64,000 bases of DNA. It comes from Methanobacteriota archaeon (GTDB taxonomy: Archaea; Thermoplasmatota; E2; DHVEG-1). The DNA lies in contig CAVYNH010000006.1 of the NCBI GenBank assembly GCA_963769885.1, positions 608,001-672,000 on the forward strand, in the 5' to 3' direction. Below, piece by piece: positions 35,578-45,597 of the stretch. The stretch's first letter is position 1. Every line of letters starts with the position of its first letter. Below the pieces are notes generated by a model. It was not told the origin of the DNA. It saw nothing but the letters and a program-made list of their open reading frames with translations, and made no database searches. The translations under genes were made by a program, and so were the position numbers.

Positions 35578-37019
35578 CTCCTTTTGTGAAAGAAGTCGAA
35601 GTCAAGACCGCCCCAGTCGTCATGGTCCAAGAACCCATGGCTCCCATCCGAATAATCAAGATATTTGTACACGTACCGGTAGTTCATGCAGCTGCGGTAA
35701 TTCACGAAGAGCCTGTAGGCCAAGCTGCCGGGTTTAGCCGTCAGAAACAGGTCACAGCCGAGAGGGAAGAGCAAATCGAGGCCGAACGTGTGACCGAGCT
35801 CATGCATCATCGCACTGGCATACGTGAAATTCGCGACCTCAGACGACTGATTCTCGAACTTCTTCGATATCTGGACAGATGAAAGCTCAAAGGAGTTTAT
35901 CCCCTGCTTATGCCAGGTGTTGAAGAACGCTCGCTCCCCAACAAAAGCCATCCCGGTCGCGGGATGATAATGAAGACTGGCACACCACCGGAACACGTCC
36001 CGTCGCCAGGTCGCTGGATTCTCATGCAGGAAGAACCGCTGATATAGCGCCTTCAGCTCCAAAGGAGAGACTTCGTCATCATAGGGGAGGATCTCGCCTC
36101 CGCCGCCCATGGCTCCGTCGTCGACATGGACGACGATGTCATGGACCGCGAACGGATCCCTGAGCCGCTCGAAGGCGCCGTGCGGAATCACATTCGACTC
36201 CCCTCCAGGCCCGCCCTGCATCACGTCCACCTCGAGGAAGACATCCCGCCTGAAAGGATCCGAGGCCCACGCTGACAGGCGCTGCTCTAAGAGGTTAGCC
36301 ACCCCATCATCATCCGGGTCCAGCTTCTGATGATCATCGGCAGCGAAGGGGTCGTAGCCCCAACGATACTCCCAGCCGGTCGATGCGCCGTCACCATCTG
36401 GGTCCGTCCCCGAGTCGTTTTGCAGTGGGTCAGTATGGAGCAAGGTCGTCTCCGCCCAGTATGGGATGCCGTCCCCGTCGACGTCGGTCTGCCGCACCTG
36501 GAACCAAAGCTCGCAGTCCCGTTCCGAGGCGCCGTCACCCTGATCGTCTGCCCCATTCGCCCGTCCGTATCCACTGGGGTCCCAAATCGCATCACCACCA
36601 TCCCAGCGGCCGGTCCGGACATCGTACACCAGATTGAGACCATAGCCTTCCGGCGAGGACCCACTGCGGCTACAGATATCGCAGAGCCGGTCCCCGCCAG
36701 GGCCCGCATCATAGAGGGAGAGGGAAATAGCAACCATCGCCTGATCATCGGGGACGTTCAGGCTTGCGTTCCACCTGCTCTGCACGTCCGTTGTGTTCAC
36801 CCAGACGGAGCTCTGAAACTCATCGGAGTTGATCCGTACCCGAACGAAGAAATCAGGCGCAGAGTCACTATCGATGATTGCAAGCGCCCGGATTTCAGAA
36901 ACCTCCACCGTGACAACGATGTCTGTCAAGGGATCATAATCCTCCAGTATCCCCGCAGAGATCCCTGTAGGGATGAGGCAGAGAGCCGCCATGATCAGAC
37001 TCCCCCATAATCTGCGCAT
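35574..37019 (-). CDS. Secreted zinc metallopeptidase-like protein with Ca-binding DxDGDG repeats
   Basis: Signal peptide, DVDGDG/DPDGDG/DPDDDG repeats, MHELGHTFGL and a downstream SCMNY Met-turn-like motif. Confidence 0.78.
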   Translation of the reverse strand: MRRLWGSLIMAALCLIPTGISAGILEDYDPLTDIVVTVEVSEIRALAIIDSDSAPDFFVRVRINSDEFQSSVWVNTTDVQSRWNASLNVPDDQAMVAISLSLYDAGPGGDRLCDICSRSGSSPEGYGLNLVYDVRTGRWDGGDAIWDPSGYGRANGADDQGDGASERDCELWFQVRQTDVDGDGIPYWAETTLLHTDPLQNDSGTDPDGDGASTGWEYRWGYDPFAADDHQKLDPDDDGVANLLEQRLSAWASDPFRRDVFLEVDVMQGGPGGESNVIPHGAFERLRDPFAVHDIVVHVDDGAMGGGGEILPYDDEVSPLELKALYQRFFLHENPATWRRDVFRWCASLHYHPATGMAFVGERAFFNTWHKQGINSFELSSVQISKKFENQSSEVANFTYASAMMHELGHTFGLDLLFPLGCDLFLTAKPGSLAYRLFVNYRSCMNYRYVYKYLDYSDGSHGFLDHDDWGGLDFDFFHKRS

Positions 37020-37099
37020 ACCACCTTAAAAAAACGCCTCTAGTAATTATATGAGTTTCGCCTCGTCCCGCCTCGGGGTATAAAAGGACAACGCCGCCT

Positions 37100-38365
37100 T
37101 TACCGCTCCAGCGTCTCCTCTCGCCCCGGTCCTATCGACACCAATCCAATGCGGACGCCCGTCTGCTTCTCCACGAACCGCAGGTACGCCTGCGCCGGCT
37201 TCGGCAGCCCCGAGAACTTCTTCGCCGCCGGCGAAAACTCCTCCCACCCGGGGAACGTCTCATACACCGGCTGGCACTCCGCCACATCATCAATACCAGA
37301 CGGGAAGACGTCCGTCTCCTCACCATGCAGCTGGTACACGGTACAAACTTTTACTTCTGGAAGCCCACTCAACACATCCAGCTTCGTGACCGCCAGACTA
37401 TTCACGCCAGACAGCAGGCAGGAATGTCTGACCACGACAAGGTCAAGCCAGCCGCAGCGCCGCGGCCGATTCGTCGTCGTCCCAAACTCATGACCCTTCT
37501 CCTGCAGATGCATCCCGGCTGAATCAGTCAACTCCGTCGGGAACGGCCCACCGCCCACCCGCGTCGTATACGCCTTCATAATCCCAATGATCTTCGAGAT
37601 ATGCTGCGGCCCGATCCCCGCCCCCGTACATGCCCCACCAGCGACTGTGTTCGACGAGGTGGTATACGGGTATGTCCCATAGTCCACATCCAGCATCGTT
37701 CCCTGCGCCCCCTCCAGCAGCACCTGCTTCCCAGCCTGGAGCGCATCATTGAGCTCCACATGCGTCGGCCCAATGTACTCCCGCAGGCGATCACCATACG
37801 AGGCGTACGCGGTTAGGATCCGCCCCAGGTCAAGTCGCTCCTCAATCCCATACAAAGCTAAAAGCTTCTGCTTCAAGGGAAGGATACGCTCCAGTCGCCG
37901 CTTCAGCCGCTGCAGATCTGTCAGATCCCCCGCCCGGATCCCATTCCTCGCGACCTTATCACTGTAACACGGCCCGATTCCCCGGCCCGTCGTCCCAATC
38001 TTCTTATCTTCCAGGATACGCTCCTCGGCGCCATCAAGGATTCTATGATACGGCATTATGATATTTGCCCGGTCACTAATGCGCAGCTGTGGCGTCTTAC
38101 CCCGCTTCCTCAAATCCTCAATTTCACGCAACAATACCTCAGGGTCGATGACGACCCCGTTGCCAATGACGCCGATCTTCCCCTGAATCACCCCGGAGGG
38201 CGTCACATGCAGTTTGAAAACCTCGTCGCCGACCTTAATCGTATGCCCCGCGTTATTCCCGCCCTGGAACCGGACCACATAGTCCGCAGTCTTCGCATAG
38301 TAGTCGACAACCTTGCCTTTCCCCTCATCGCCCCACTGGGTCCCCATCACGAGCGTCGCAGGCAT
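37100..38365 (-). CDS. purA: Adenylosuccinate synthetase
   Basis: QWGDEGKGK, QGGNNAGHT, IGTTGRGIGP, EGAQG, GTTTNRPRRCGWLD motifs. Confidence 0.99.
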   Translation of the reverse strand: MPATLVMGTQWGDEGKGKVVDYYAKTADYVVRFQGGNNAGHTIKVGDEVFKLHVTPSGVIQGKIGVIGNGVVIDPEVLLREIEDLRKRGKTPQLRISDRANIIMPYHRILDGAEERILEDKKIGTTGRGIGPCYSDKVARNGIRAGDLTDLQRLKRRLERILPLKQKLLALYGIEERLDLGRILTAYASYGDRLREYIGPTHVELNDALQAGKQVLLEGAQGTMLDVDYGTYPYTTSSNTVAGGACTGAGIGPQHISKIIGIMKAYTTRVGGGPFPTELTDSAGMHLQEKGHEFGTTTNRPRRCGWLDLVVVRHSCLLSGVNSLAVTKLDVLSGLPEVKVCTVYQLHGEETDVFPSGIDDVAECQPVYETFPGWEEFSPAAKKFSGLPKPAQAYLRFVEKQTGVRIGLVSIGPGREETLER

Positions 38366-38388
38366 ACTCCCTCAGACCTCACATTCTT

Positions 38389-38784
38389 TTACTCAGATTT
38401 CACGACATTGATCGAGAACTTCGGCGGATGATCCAGATGCTTCTTCACCAGGCAGGACTCCGCCGCCCGGATGACCCCCGCCCGGTACTTCTCCGGGAAC
38501 TCCCTGGGGACACGAAGCATGAGGATGATTTCCTCCACCAGATGGCTGCGCGGGTCCTTCTCTGCATGTAGCGTCACTCTGACCTTGTCCGCGGGGATAT
38601 CGCGCTGTCGGCAGAAGTAGAGGACAAAATAGCCCATGCAGGTCCCAATCGAAGCGAGAAACAACTGGAATGGCGTCGGTGCCGCATTCTCCCCCTCAGG
38701 AGCAGGTTGGTCAGTCAACACCTCGAACCCATCAAAGCTCGCCAGCACCTGACTGCCCTTTGGAAACGTCACCTTCATCTCCAC
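38389..38784 (-). CDS. OsmC/Ohr family protein
   Basis: TDQP..GENAAPTPFQLFLASIGTC...AESCLVKK. Start is GTG at 38784 or ATG at 38778. Confidence 0.9.
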   Translation of the reverse strand: MEMKVTFPKGSQVLASFDGFEVLTDQPAPEGENAAPTPFQLFLASIGTCMGYFVLYFCRQRDIPADKVRVTLHAEKDPRSHLVEEIILMLRVPREFPEKYRAGVIRAAESCLVKKHLDHPPKFSINVVKSE

Positions 38785-38908
38785 AAGGATCAATCCTCCC
38801 CGTACTGGTACGGGATGCCAGGGGAATCGCACCCGAGGTTATCAACGTTACCACAGAAAAAATAAAAAAAAAGAAAAAAAGACGCCGTTTCAGCGGACTG
38901 ATTCGTTC

Positions 38909-40117
38909 TTACAGCTGGTACTTGAAGATCCATTCGGTGAAGTTCATCCCATCCGGGATAATGACGTTTCCGCAGTTGATCTCGTTCTTGCCGTCGTTGT
39001 CGCAGTCGCCGATGGCGACGACCGCCACCTGGCCGAACGTCGGCAGCGTGGCCTCCTCGACGTAGGTGGTCCCGTTCCACTGCAGGACATGGGTCACGCC
39101 CGCACCCACGCAGACCTCGGGCATGCCGTCGCCGTCGGTGTCGCCGGCATCGATGCCCTCGATGACCGGTTCCCCGCCAGGCCAGGTCATATCGAATTGC
39201 GTGGCATAGCCGGTCCCGTTCCATTTGAAGATGGTGATTCGGGGGGCGTAGAAGCTGACGAGCAGCTCGGCCTTCTCGTCGCCGTCGCAGTCCTTGCAGA
39301 CGCAGGCGAAGGGCTGCATGTCGTGTTGGTAGTACTGCTGTACCACGGTGGGGATGAATGCCTTTGTTTGCGCGTCCCACTTCAGGACTAGGACCCTTCC
39401 TGAGCAGGCACACGCGATTTCATTTTTCCCATCATTGTCGAGGTCGCCGAGCCCCGCCATGTACACGTATCCATCCTGGGAGTCATTCCATTTGGCGACG
39501 CGTTTAAGGGCGAAGCCGTTCCAGCGCAGCACCTCTATTTCACTTACAGCACCAGTGCCGCCCCAGAGGTTGCCTCCGCTGACAATCAGCTCGTTTTTCC
39601 CGTCATTGTCACAGTCGCCGATGAGGCAGTCTCCGCTCCCTCCATGGTGCCGGTAGATCCATGCGTTCAGTCCGATCATCCAGTATTTCCCGAGCGCGTA
39701 GTGATAGATGGCATCGTACCAGGTAGCGGCGACCTCGTTCTTGCCGTCGTTGGTGACGTCCCCGATTGCCATGCCGCCCGCATCGCACCTGGTAAGGGGA
39801 TAGAGGGGCGGGTGCAGGGCGCGCGCCTGCGTGTAGTTCTGCTTGGTGTCGTCCCATTTCATGACGCGGATGGTGCAGTCTCGTCCGCTGATGAGCAGTT
39901 CGTTTTTGCCGTCGTTGTCCGCGTCGCCGATGGGCTGGGGTCCTTCGTAGCGGGCGCCGGTGCGAGGGTCGCTGCCGTACTCCGCTTTCCATTGCTGGAT
40001 GTAGCCGCTGGTGGATGTCAGAGTGTTCTCGGTCTTGATTTGGGCGAGGACGCTGGCGCCGAGGACGGCATTGAGTGATAGCACGGTTGCTAGGATGAAT
40101 GTCAGGAGTGTCTTCAT
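38909..40117 (-). CDS. Secreted FG-GAP/VCBS-repeat beta-propeller protein
   Basis: About seven repeats of the GD(A/C/V/L)DNDGKNE type; signal peptide. Confidence 0.88.
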   Translation of the reverse strand: MKTLLTFILATVLSLNAVLGASVLAQIKTENTLTSTSGYIQQWKAEYGSDPRTGARYEGPQPIGDADNDGKNELLISGRDCTIRVMKWDDTKQNYTQARALHPPLYPLTRCDAGGMAIGDVTNDGKNEVAATWYDAIYHYALGKYWMIGLNAWIYRHHGGSGDCLIGDCDNDGKNELIVSGGNLWGGTGAVSEIEVLRWNGFALKRVAKWNDSQDGYVYMAGLGDLDNDGKNEIACACSGRVLVLKWDAQTKAFIPTVVQQYYQHDMQPFACVCKDCDGDEKAELLVSFYAPRITIFKWNGTGYATQFDMTWPGGEPVIEGIDAGDTDGDGMPEVCVGAGVTHVLQWNGTTYVEEATLPTFGQVAVVAIGDCDNDGKNEINCGNVIIPDGMNFTEWIFKYQL

Positions 40118-40172
40118 ATTCGTGTTCCCTCTGGCTTATATTATAGTCTGGCGATATTTAAATGCTGTGTGG

Positions 40173-41693
40173 TTAGGGGTGAGGGTGCCATTCCATTTCT
40201 ACTTGGAAGCGGGTGAGGTCGATGTGGCTCCAGTCGTCGTAGTCGTTCTTGCCGTGGCGGCCGTTGGAGTAGCCGATCATGGTGTACATGTAGCCGTAGT
40301 TCATGACGCTGACGTAGGGGCGGTATTTCCAGTAGTCTTTCTGCCAGGGCATGCCGGAGTTCTGATTGTCGATGCCGAGGAATTCGTTGAGGCCGATGTT
40401 GTGGCCGAGCTCGTGCATGTAGGCGCTGCCGTAGACGAGGACGGCCTTGTGGTGGGTCTTGGGGATGATCTTGGAGTTCATCTTGTGGCTGGAGACGCAG
40501 AAGCTGTCGAAGTAGGGGACGTTGCCGTTGAAGAAGTTGAAGCCGCCGACCCAGGCGTCGTATACCATGACGCCCCAGTGGAAGATGCCGCGGCGCCAGT
40601 TGGTGAGGTTGTCGTGGAGGAAGTAGTGGAGGTAGTCGTCGCGAAGGTCATATTGGCTGGTGTTTTCTTGGAAGGGGATGATGTCGGAGCCGCCCATGGG
40701 GCCGTCGTCGAGGTGGAAGTCGATGTTGTGTTGGGCGAAGCAGGTGCGGATGAGTTCTTTAGGTTCGTCGGGGAGGATGGTCTGTTCGCCGCTGGGGCTG
40801 TCTGCCATGCGGTCGAGTTCGACGTAGAGGTCTTTTTTGTAGGGGTCTGAGCCGTATTGGGCGACGCGGTATTCTTTGGTGTTGTTGAGGCCGTCGTTGT
40901 CCGGGTCGAGGGCGGCGTGGCCGTCAGCGGCGAAGGGGTCGTAGCCCCATTGCCAGTCCCAGGTGAGGGGGAGGCCGTCGCCGTTGGGGTCGTAGCCGGT
41001 GTAGTCGGTGGTGGCGTTGAGGTGGTAGATCTGGGTTTTGAGCCAGTAGGGGATGCCGTCGGGGGCGGGGGTGTCCTGGGTGATGGTGAAGTAGAGTTCG
41101 GCGTCGCGGTCGAATTGGTTGATGCTGCCGTCGTCGCAGCCGTTGAGGCGTCCGTAGCCGCTGGGGTCGGAGCCGCCCCACCAGTTTTCGATGCGGTATT
41201 CGGTGCCGTTTTCGCCTTCGTCCCACCAGAAGGCCCAGTCGTCGCCGACCCAGTGGCCGGTTTTGAGGTTGTAGTAGATGTTGGCGGCGGTGTCGTTGTA
41301 TTTGGTGCTTTGTTCGTGGCAGGGGCTGATGTCGCAGAGTCTGCCGGTGTTGTTGTCCGTGAGGGCGATGGTGAGGTTGACCCATTCGTTGTCGGTGGGG
41401 ACGGTGAGGGTGAGGGTCCAGGGGGTGTAGACGTAGGGCTGGTGGTCGTAGACGGGGCTTTTGTGGTGTTCGCCGTTGTAGATGACATCGGCTTGGAAGT
41501 TGGGGTTTTTGGGGATCTTATCCAGGCTGCGGATCTGGGTGACGGTGAGGGTGATGTTGGTTTCGTTGGCGAGGGGGTTGTAGTGGTGGATGGGTGGGGT
41601 GGCGGGCGGGGTAGCGAGGACGGGGGCTGCCGGCAGGCAGAAGAGTAGGGTGATGAGCAGGCCTGCGAGTTTGGTGTGGGTGAGATGCTTCAT
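40173..41693 (-). CDS. Secreted zinc metallopeptidase-like protein (paralog of 35574-37019)
   Basis: DPSGYGRLNG, WGYDPFAADGH..LDPDNDG, MHELGHNIGL, SVMNY motifs. Confidence 0.78.
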   Translation of the reverse strand: MKHLTHTKLAGLLITLLFCLPAAPVLATPPATPPIHHYNPLANETNITLTVTQIRSLDKIPKNPNFQADVIYNGEHHKSPVYDHQPYVYTPWTLTLTVPTDNEWVNLTIALTDNNTGRLCDISPCHEQSTKYNDTAANIYYNLKTGHWVGDDWAFWWDEGENGTEYRIENWWGGSDPSGYGRLNGCDDGSINQFDRDAELYFTITQDTPAPDGIPYWLKTQIYHLNATTDYTGYDPNGDGLPLTWDWQWGYDPFAADGHAALDPDNDGLNNTKEYRVAQYGSDPYKKDLYVELDRMADSPSGEQTILPDEPKELIRTCFAQHNIDFHLDDGPMGGSDIIPFQENTSQYDLRDDYLHYFLHDNLTNWRRGIFHWGVMVYDAWVGGFNFFNGNVPYFDSFCVSSHKMNSKIIPKTHHKAVLVYGSAYMHELGHNIGLNEFLGIDNQNSGMPWQKDYWKYRPYVSVMNYGYMYTMIGYSNGRHGKNDYDDWSHIDLTRFQVEMEWHPHP

Positions 41694-41966
41694 AAGGTTG
41701 GGGACCTCCTAAGGTGTCCAGTGGTAAAATCATAGCGGTTCTAATATAAATATCTTCGGGCAGAGGACGCCGGTGATTTGGGATATTCCGTGCCTGATCC
41801 GACGCTGAATAGGGGGTATTCTGACTGTTTTTCGTTATTTTTTTCTGCGAAAACTGGGGGATGAAGCGGGCCCTGAGGGGTTTTATATGCGGTTTCGTGG
41901 TGGGTTAGCTGGGGTACAGGCTTCCGGTGGCCTTCTGGGGTGTGGTCTCTTCTGGATGGGACCTTA

Positions 41967-43985
41967 CTAAGGGGAGGCGGCTCGAGTCTTGCCAGGCCTG
42001 GGTGCGGCGTCGGTGGTGATTTCGTGAATCATCGCCAGGATTTGCGTGTCTTTGAAGCCCCGCTGTTGCATGGCGCCGGACGGGCACGCGCTCACGCAGG
42101 TCCCGCAGCCCTGGCAGAGGCCTTCGTTGACCTTCACCGTGATAACGGTCTTTCCATCTACGGTCTCCTCTACGGTTTCGATCGCGGAGTACGGGCACGT
42201 CGGGATGCACACCTTGCAGCCGCTGCAGAGCTCCTTGGTCACGACCGCGGTGTTCGGCTCCGCCAATAAGGTCGGCTGCGCGAGAATTGCTGCCGCTCGT
42301 GCGGCGGCGCCGCTGGCATGGGCTACGGTATCCTGGATGTCTTTGGGGCCTTGACAGCATCCGGCGAAAAAGATGCCGTTGACGAAGGCGTCCATAGGGC
42401 GGAGCTTGGGGTGGGCTTCGAGGAAGAAGCCGTCAGCGCTTCGGCTGAGTCTGAGCAGGCGTGCGATGTCCACGGTGTCGTGGCGTGGGACCATGGCTGG
42501 GACCAAAACGACGAGGTCGGTTTTAATCTCGAAGAGTTTATTTGTGGTGGTGTCGTAAATATCGATTTTCTGTTGGTTTCCTTGTTGGCGGACTTCGCTG
42601 GGTCGGCCACGGAAGAGGTTGGTGTGCTGGCCGCGGATTTTACGGTAGAATTCCTCATAGCCTTTACCGTAGGACCGTACGTCCTGGTAGCAGAGGTTGA
42701 TTTCTGCGTCCGGGAGTTTTTCTTGGATGAGGTAGATTTGTTTGAGGGCGGTCATGCAGCCGATGCGGCAGCACCAGGTGCATTGGGTCTCGTCGCGACT
42801 GCCGACGCAGAGGATGAAGGTGACGCTGTGCGGTGGTTGGTGGTTGGAGGGCCGTAATATTTCGCCGTTGGTGGGTCCTGAGCTGTTAATGAGTCGTTCG
42901 AGTTCGAGGGTGGTGATGACATCGGGTGAGGTGGCGTAGCCGAGCTCGTAGAGTGCGGTGGGGTCGAGGAGGTCGTAACCGGTGGCGACGATGATCGCGC
43001 CGGCTGTTTTCTCGATGAGTTTTTCTTTTTGGGTGAAGTCGATGGCGCCTGGGACGCAGGCTTTCTCGCAGAGGGAGTGGTCGCCGCATTTGCCTCGGGT
43101 GAGGTACAGGCATTTGGCTGGGTCGATGGTGTAGTTGAGAGGGATGGCTTGGGGGAAGGGCATGTAGACGGCGCCACGTTTGCCGAGGCCTTGGTTGAAC
43201 TCGCTGGGGATATGGTCTTTCAGGCGGCAGGCGGTGGCGCAGTCGCCGCAGCCTGTGCATTTGGTTGTGTCGACGTACCTGGGTTTTTGTTTGATTTTGA
43301 TGGTGTAGTTGCCGATGCTCCCCTCGATGCTGTGGATGGTGCAGTAGGTGAGGAGGTCGATGTTCTTGTGGTGGGCGACTTCCATCATTTTTGGTGTGAG
43401 GATGCAGCCGGAGCAGTCGAGGGTGGGGAAGGTTTTGTCGAGTTGGGCCATGTGGCCGCCGATGCTGGGGTCGCGTTCTACGAGGGTGACTTTATAGCCG
43501 TTGTTGGCGAGGTCGAGGCTGGCTTGGATGCCGGCGATGCCGCCGCCGATGACGAGGGCCTCGGGGGTGACGGTGATGGTGGCAGGGGTGAGCGGTTCTT
43601 GGAGGCCGGCGTTGGCAACGGCGCAGCGGACGAGGGCTTTGGCTTTTTCTGTTGCGGTGGTCTTGTCTTGGTGGACCCAGCTGCATTGTTCGCGGATGTT
43701 GGCGATTTCGACGCAGTAGGCGTTGAGGCCGGCGTCTGTCGCGACTTGGCGGAAGGTGTGCTCGTGCATGCGTGGGCTGCAACAGGCGACGACGATGGCG
43801 TCGAGGTGGTGGGTGTGGATGGCTTTTTTAATTTTGGTGGCGCCGACGTCGCTGCACATGTATTTGTAGTGGTCCGCGATGGCGACGTTGGGCAGCGTGC
43901 TGGCGTACTGGGTGAGTGCTTCGACGTCGACGGTTTGGGCGATGTTGATGCCGCAGTGGCAGACGAAGACGCCGATCTTCCTCAT
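41967..43985 (-). CDS. hdrA: Heterodisulfide reductase subunit A
   Basis: IGVFVCHCGINI, ACCSPRMHE, IREQCSWVH, GGGIAG, LDKTFPTLDC, EAHPKLRP, QGPKDI and C-terminal 4Fe-4S motifs. Confidence 0.96.
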   Translation of the reverse strand: MRKIGVFVCHCGINIAQTVDVEALTQYASTLPNVAIADHYKYMCSDVGATKIKKAIHTHHLDAIVVACCSPRMHEHTFRQVATDAGLNAYCVEIANIREQCSWVHQDKTTATEKAKALVRCAVANAGLQEPLTPATITVTPEALVIGGGIAGIQASLDLANNGYKVTLVERDPSIGGHMAQLDKTFPTLDCSGCILTPKMMEVAHHKNIDLLTYCTIHSIEGSIGNYTIKIKQKPRYVDTTKCTGCGDCATACRLKDHIPSEFNQGLGKRGAVYMPFPQAIPLNYTIDPAKCLYLTRGKCGDHSLCEKACVPGAIDFTQKEKLIEKTAGAIIVATGYDLLDPTALYELGYATSPDVITTLELERLINSSGPTNGEILRPSNHQPPHSVTFILCVGSRDETQCTWCCRIGCMTALKQIYLIQEKLPDAEINLCYQDVRSYGKGYEEFYRKIRGQHTNLFRGRPSEVRQQGNQQKIDIYDTTTNKLFEIKTDLVVLVPAMVPRHDTVDIARLLRLSRSADGFFLEAHPKLRPMDAFVNGIFFAGCCQGPKDIQDTVAHASGAAARAAAILAQPTLLAEPNTAVVTKELCSGCKVCIPTCPYSAIETVEETVDGKTVITVKVNEGLCQGCGTCVSACPSGAMQQRGFKDTQILAMIHEITTDAAPRPGKTRAASP

Positions 43986-44870
43986 TGTTTGCCTCCGGTG
44001 AGGTTGAGTTTGTGGACGGGGCTGAGGTTGAGGTCGAAGCCGAGTTTGGCGGGGTCGAGTCCGAGGGCGACGCCGAGGAGTTGGGTGAGGTAGACGACGG
44101 GGAGGTCGAGTTTGGCGGCGACGGTCTCGCCGGCCTTGGCCTGGCGGCTGTCGAGCATCTTGTGGCACCAGGGGCAGACGTCGACGACTCCGGAGACGTT
44201 TAGTTCTTGGATGGCTTGGAGTTTCTGTCCTGTTTTGGTGAGCGAGGTCTCGGGTTTGTTGGGGAGGAGTGGGGCGCCGCAGCAGTCGAGTTTCTGGGGG
44301 TAGTGGGTGAGGGGTTCGGCGCCGAGGGTTTTGAGGATGTTTTCGACTTTTTGTGGGTTTTCGCTGTCGTCGGGGCGGCCGAGTTCTTTGGGGCGGATGG
44401 CGTGGCAGCCGTAGTGGACGGCGAGTTTGAGGCCGGTGAGCGGGTGTTTCACGTTCTTCTTGATTTTTTCAAGGCCGATGATGTCGTGGAGGAGGTCGAT
44501 GGTGTGGACGATGGTGGTGGTGCCGGTGTAGTGGAGGCCTTCGGCCTTGAGCATCTCGTTGACTCTCGCGTGCATCTCTTGGTTCTTCTGCAGGATGAGG
44601 TTGGTCTCGTGGAGCGCGAGGGCGCAGAGGGCGCATGGCGCGTAGAAGGGGAGGTGCTGCTGTTCCGCGAGGGCGAGGTTCCTGGTGGAGAGGTAGAGGG
44701 TGAGGGTTTGGTTCACGCTTTTCATCGGCTCGCCGCAGCAGGAGAGTCCGGGGAGGTCGACGAGGTCGATGCCCAGAATAGGGAGGCTGGCTCGCAGGGA
44801 GAGTTCGTAGGCGGTACTGTTCCGTGGGCATGAGGCAGCCGGGGAACAGGGCGTACCGTTGATGAGTCAT
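43982..44870 (-). CDS. hdrB: Heterodisulfide reductase subunit B, interrupted by a +1 frameshift near 44813
   Basis: YALFPGCLMP...[extra C]...SCCGEP, PCALC, VHYGCH, CCG, CPWC (CCG domains). Confidence 0.9.
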
Positions 44871-44882
44871 GGAATCGACAAC

Positions 44883-45410
44883 TCAGGGTTTTTGCATGGC
44901 GATCGCCATGATGCTAGCCTGGAATTTGGAGAGGTCGGAGGGAGTCGATAAGGGTGGGAGGCCGAGTTGGTCCCGGGTGATGCTCGCGTTCGCGGCGGTG
45001 TTGACGGTCTGCGCTTCCTGGAGTAGTCCGGTGCCGAGGATCGACTGCAGCATGGCCGTGTATTTGCCGGGGAGTTCTTTGCCGCTCTGGACCGCGAGGT
45101 TCTTGGCCGCGAAGAGGATTTCGATGGGGGCGACTTGTTGGGGGCAGCGTTCCCTGCATTTCATGCAGGTCATGCAGGTCCAGATGACGTCGCTGTTGGT
45201 GAGTTCGGTGATGAGGCCTCTTTTGAGAAGTGCGACGATCTTGTGTGGCTCGAGTTCGAGGAGCTTGTGGGCCTCGCAGCCGCTGGTGCATTTGGCGCAC
45301 TGGTAGCAGTAGTCGCTGGCGTGCTGCTGGAGGCGTTTGAGGCGGTCGTTGATCTCCGCGCGGACGTCGGACTGCGGCTCCCCCATCGAGGTCAGGTCAG
45401 TAATGGTCAT
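44883..45410 (-). CDS. hdrC: Heterodisulfide reductase subunit C
   Basis: CYQCAKCTSGC and IWTCMTCMKCRERCPQ motifs. Confidence 0.93.
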   Translation of the reverse strand: MTITDLTSMGEPQSDVRAEINDRLKRLQQHASDYCYQCAKCTSGCEAHKLLELEPHKIVALLKRGLITELTNSDVIWTCMTCMKCRERCPQQVAPIEILFAAKNLAVQSGKELPGKYTAMLQSILGTGLLQEAQTVNTAANASITRDQLGLPPLSTPSDLSKFQASIMAIAMQKP

Positions 45411-45597
45411 AGGTGTTGTTTTTCCCCCACATGCCTGATATTAACGATTGTTAATATATATAGCTTGTGTGCCCTCGCTTTGTGGTGTTTATCCCGAGTG
45501 CGTATTTAAAACTATCAATGGAGTACGAGAGGGGATTCCTCACGTTAGACGAGGCGTCGGATACCGGCTTTGTACTGACATGTCCGTACCTGTATGG

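Noticed and set aside
40478-41488. Thr/Ser/Pro-rich mucin-like ORF and similar Arg/His/Pro-rich ORFs
   Set aside because: Alternative frames of C/A-rich real genes.
41967-45410. Selenocysteine or pyrrolysine recoding in hdr or other Fe-S genes
   Set aside because: The Cys motifs use ordinary Cys codons, and the hdrB interruption is a frameshift rather than an in-frame stop.
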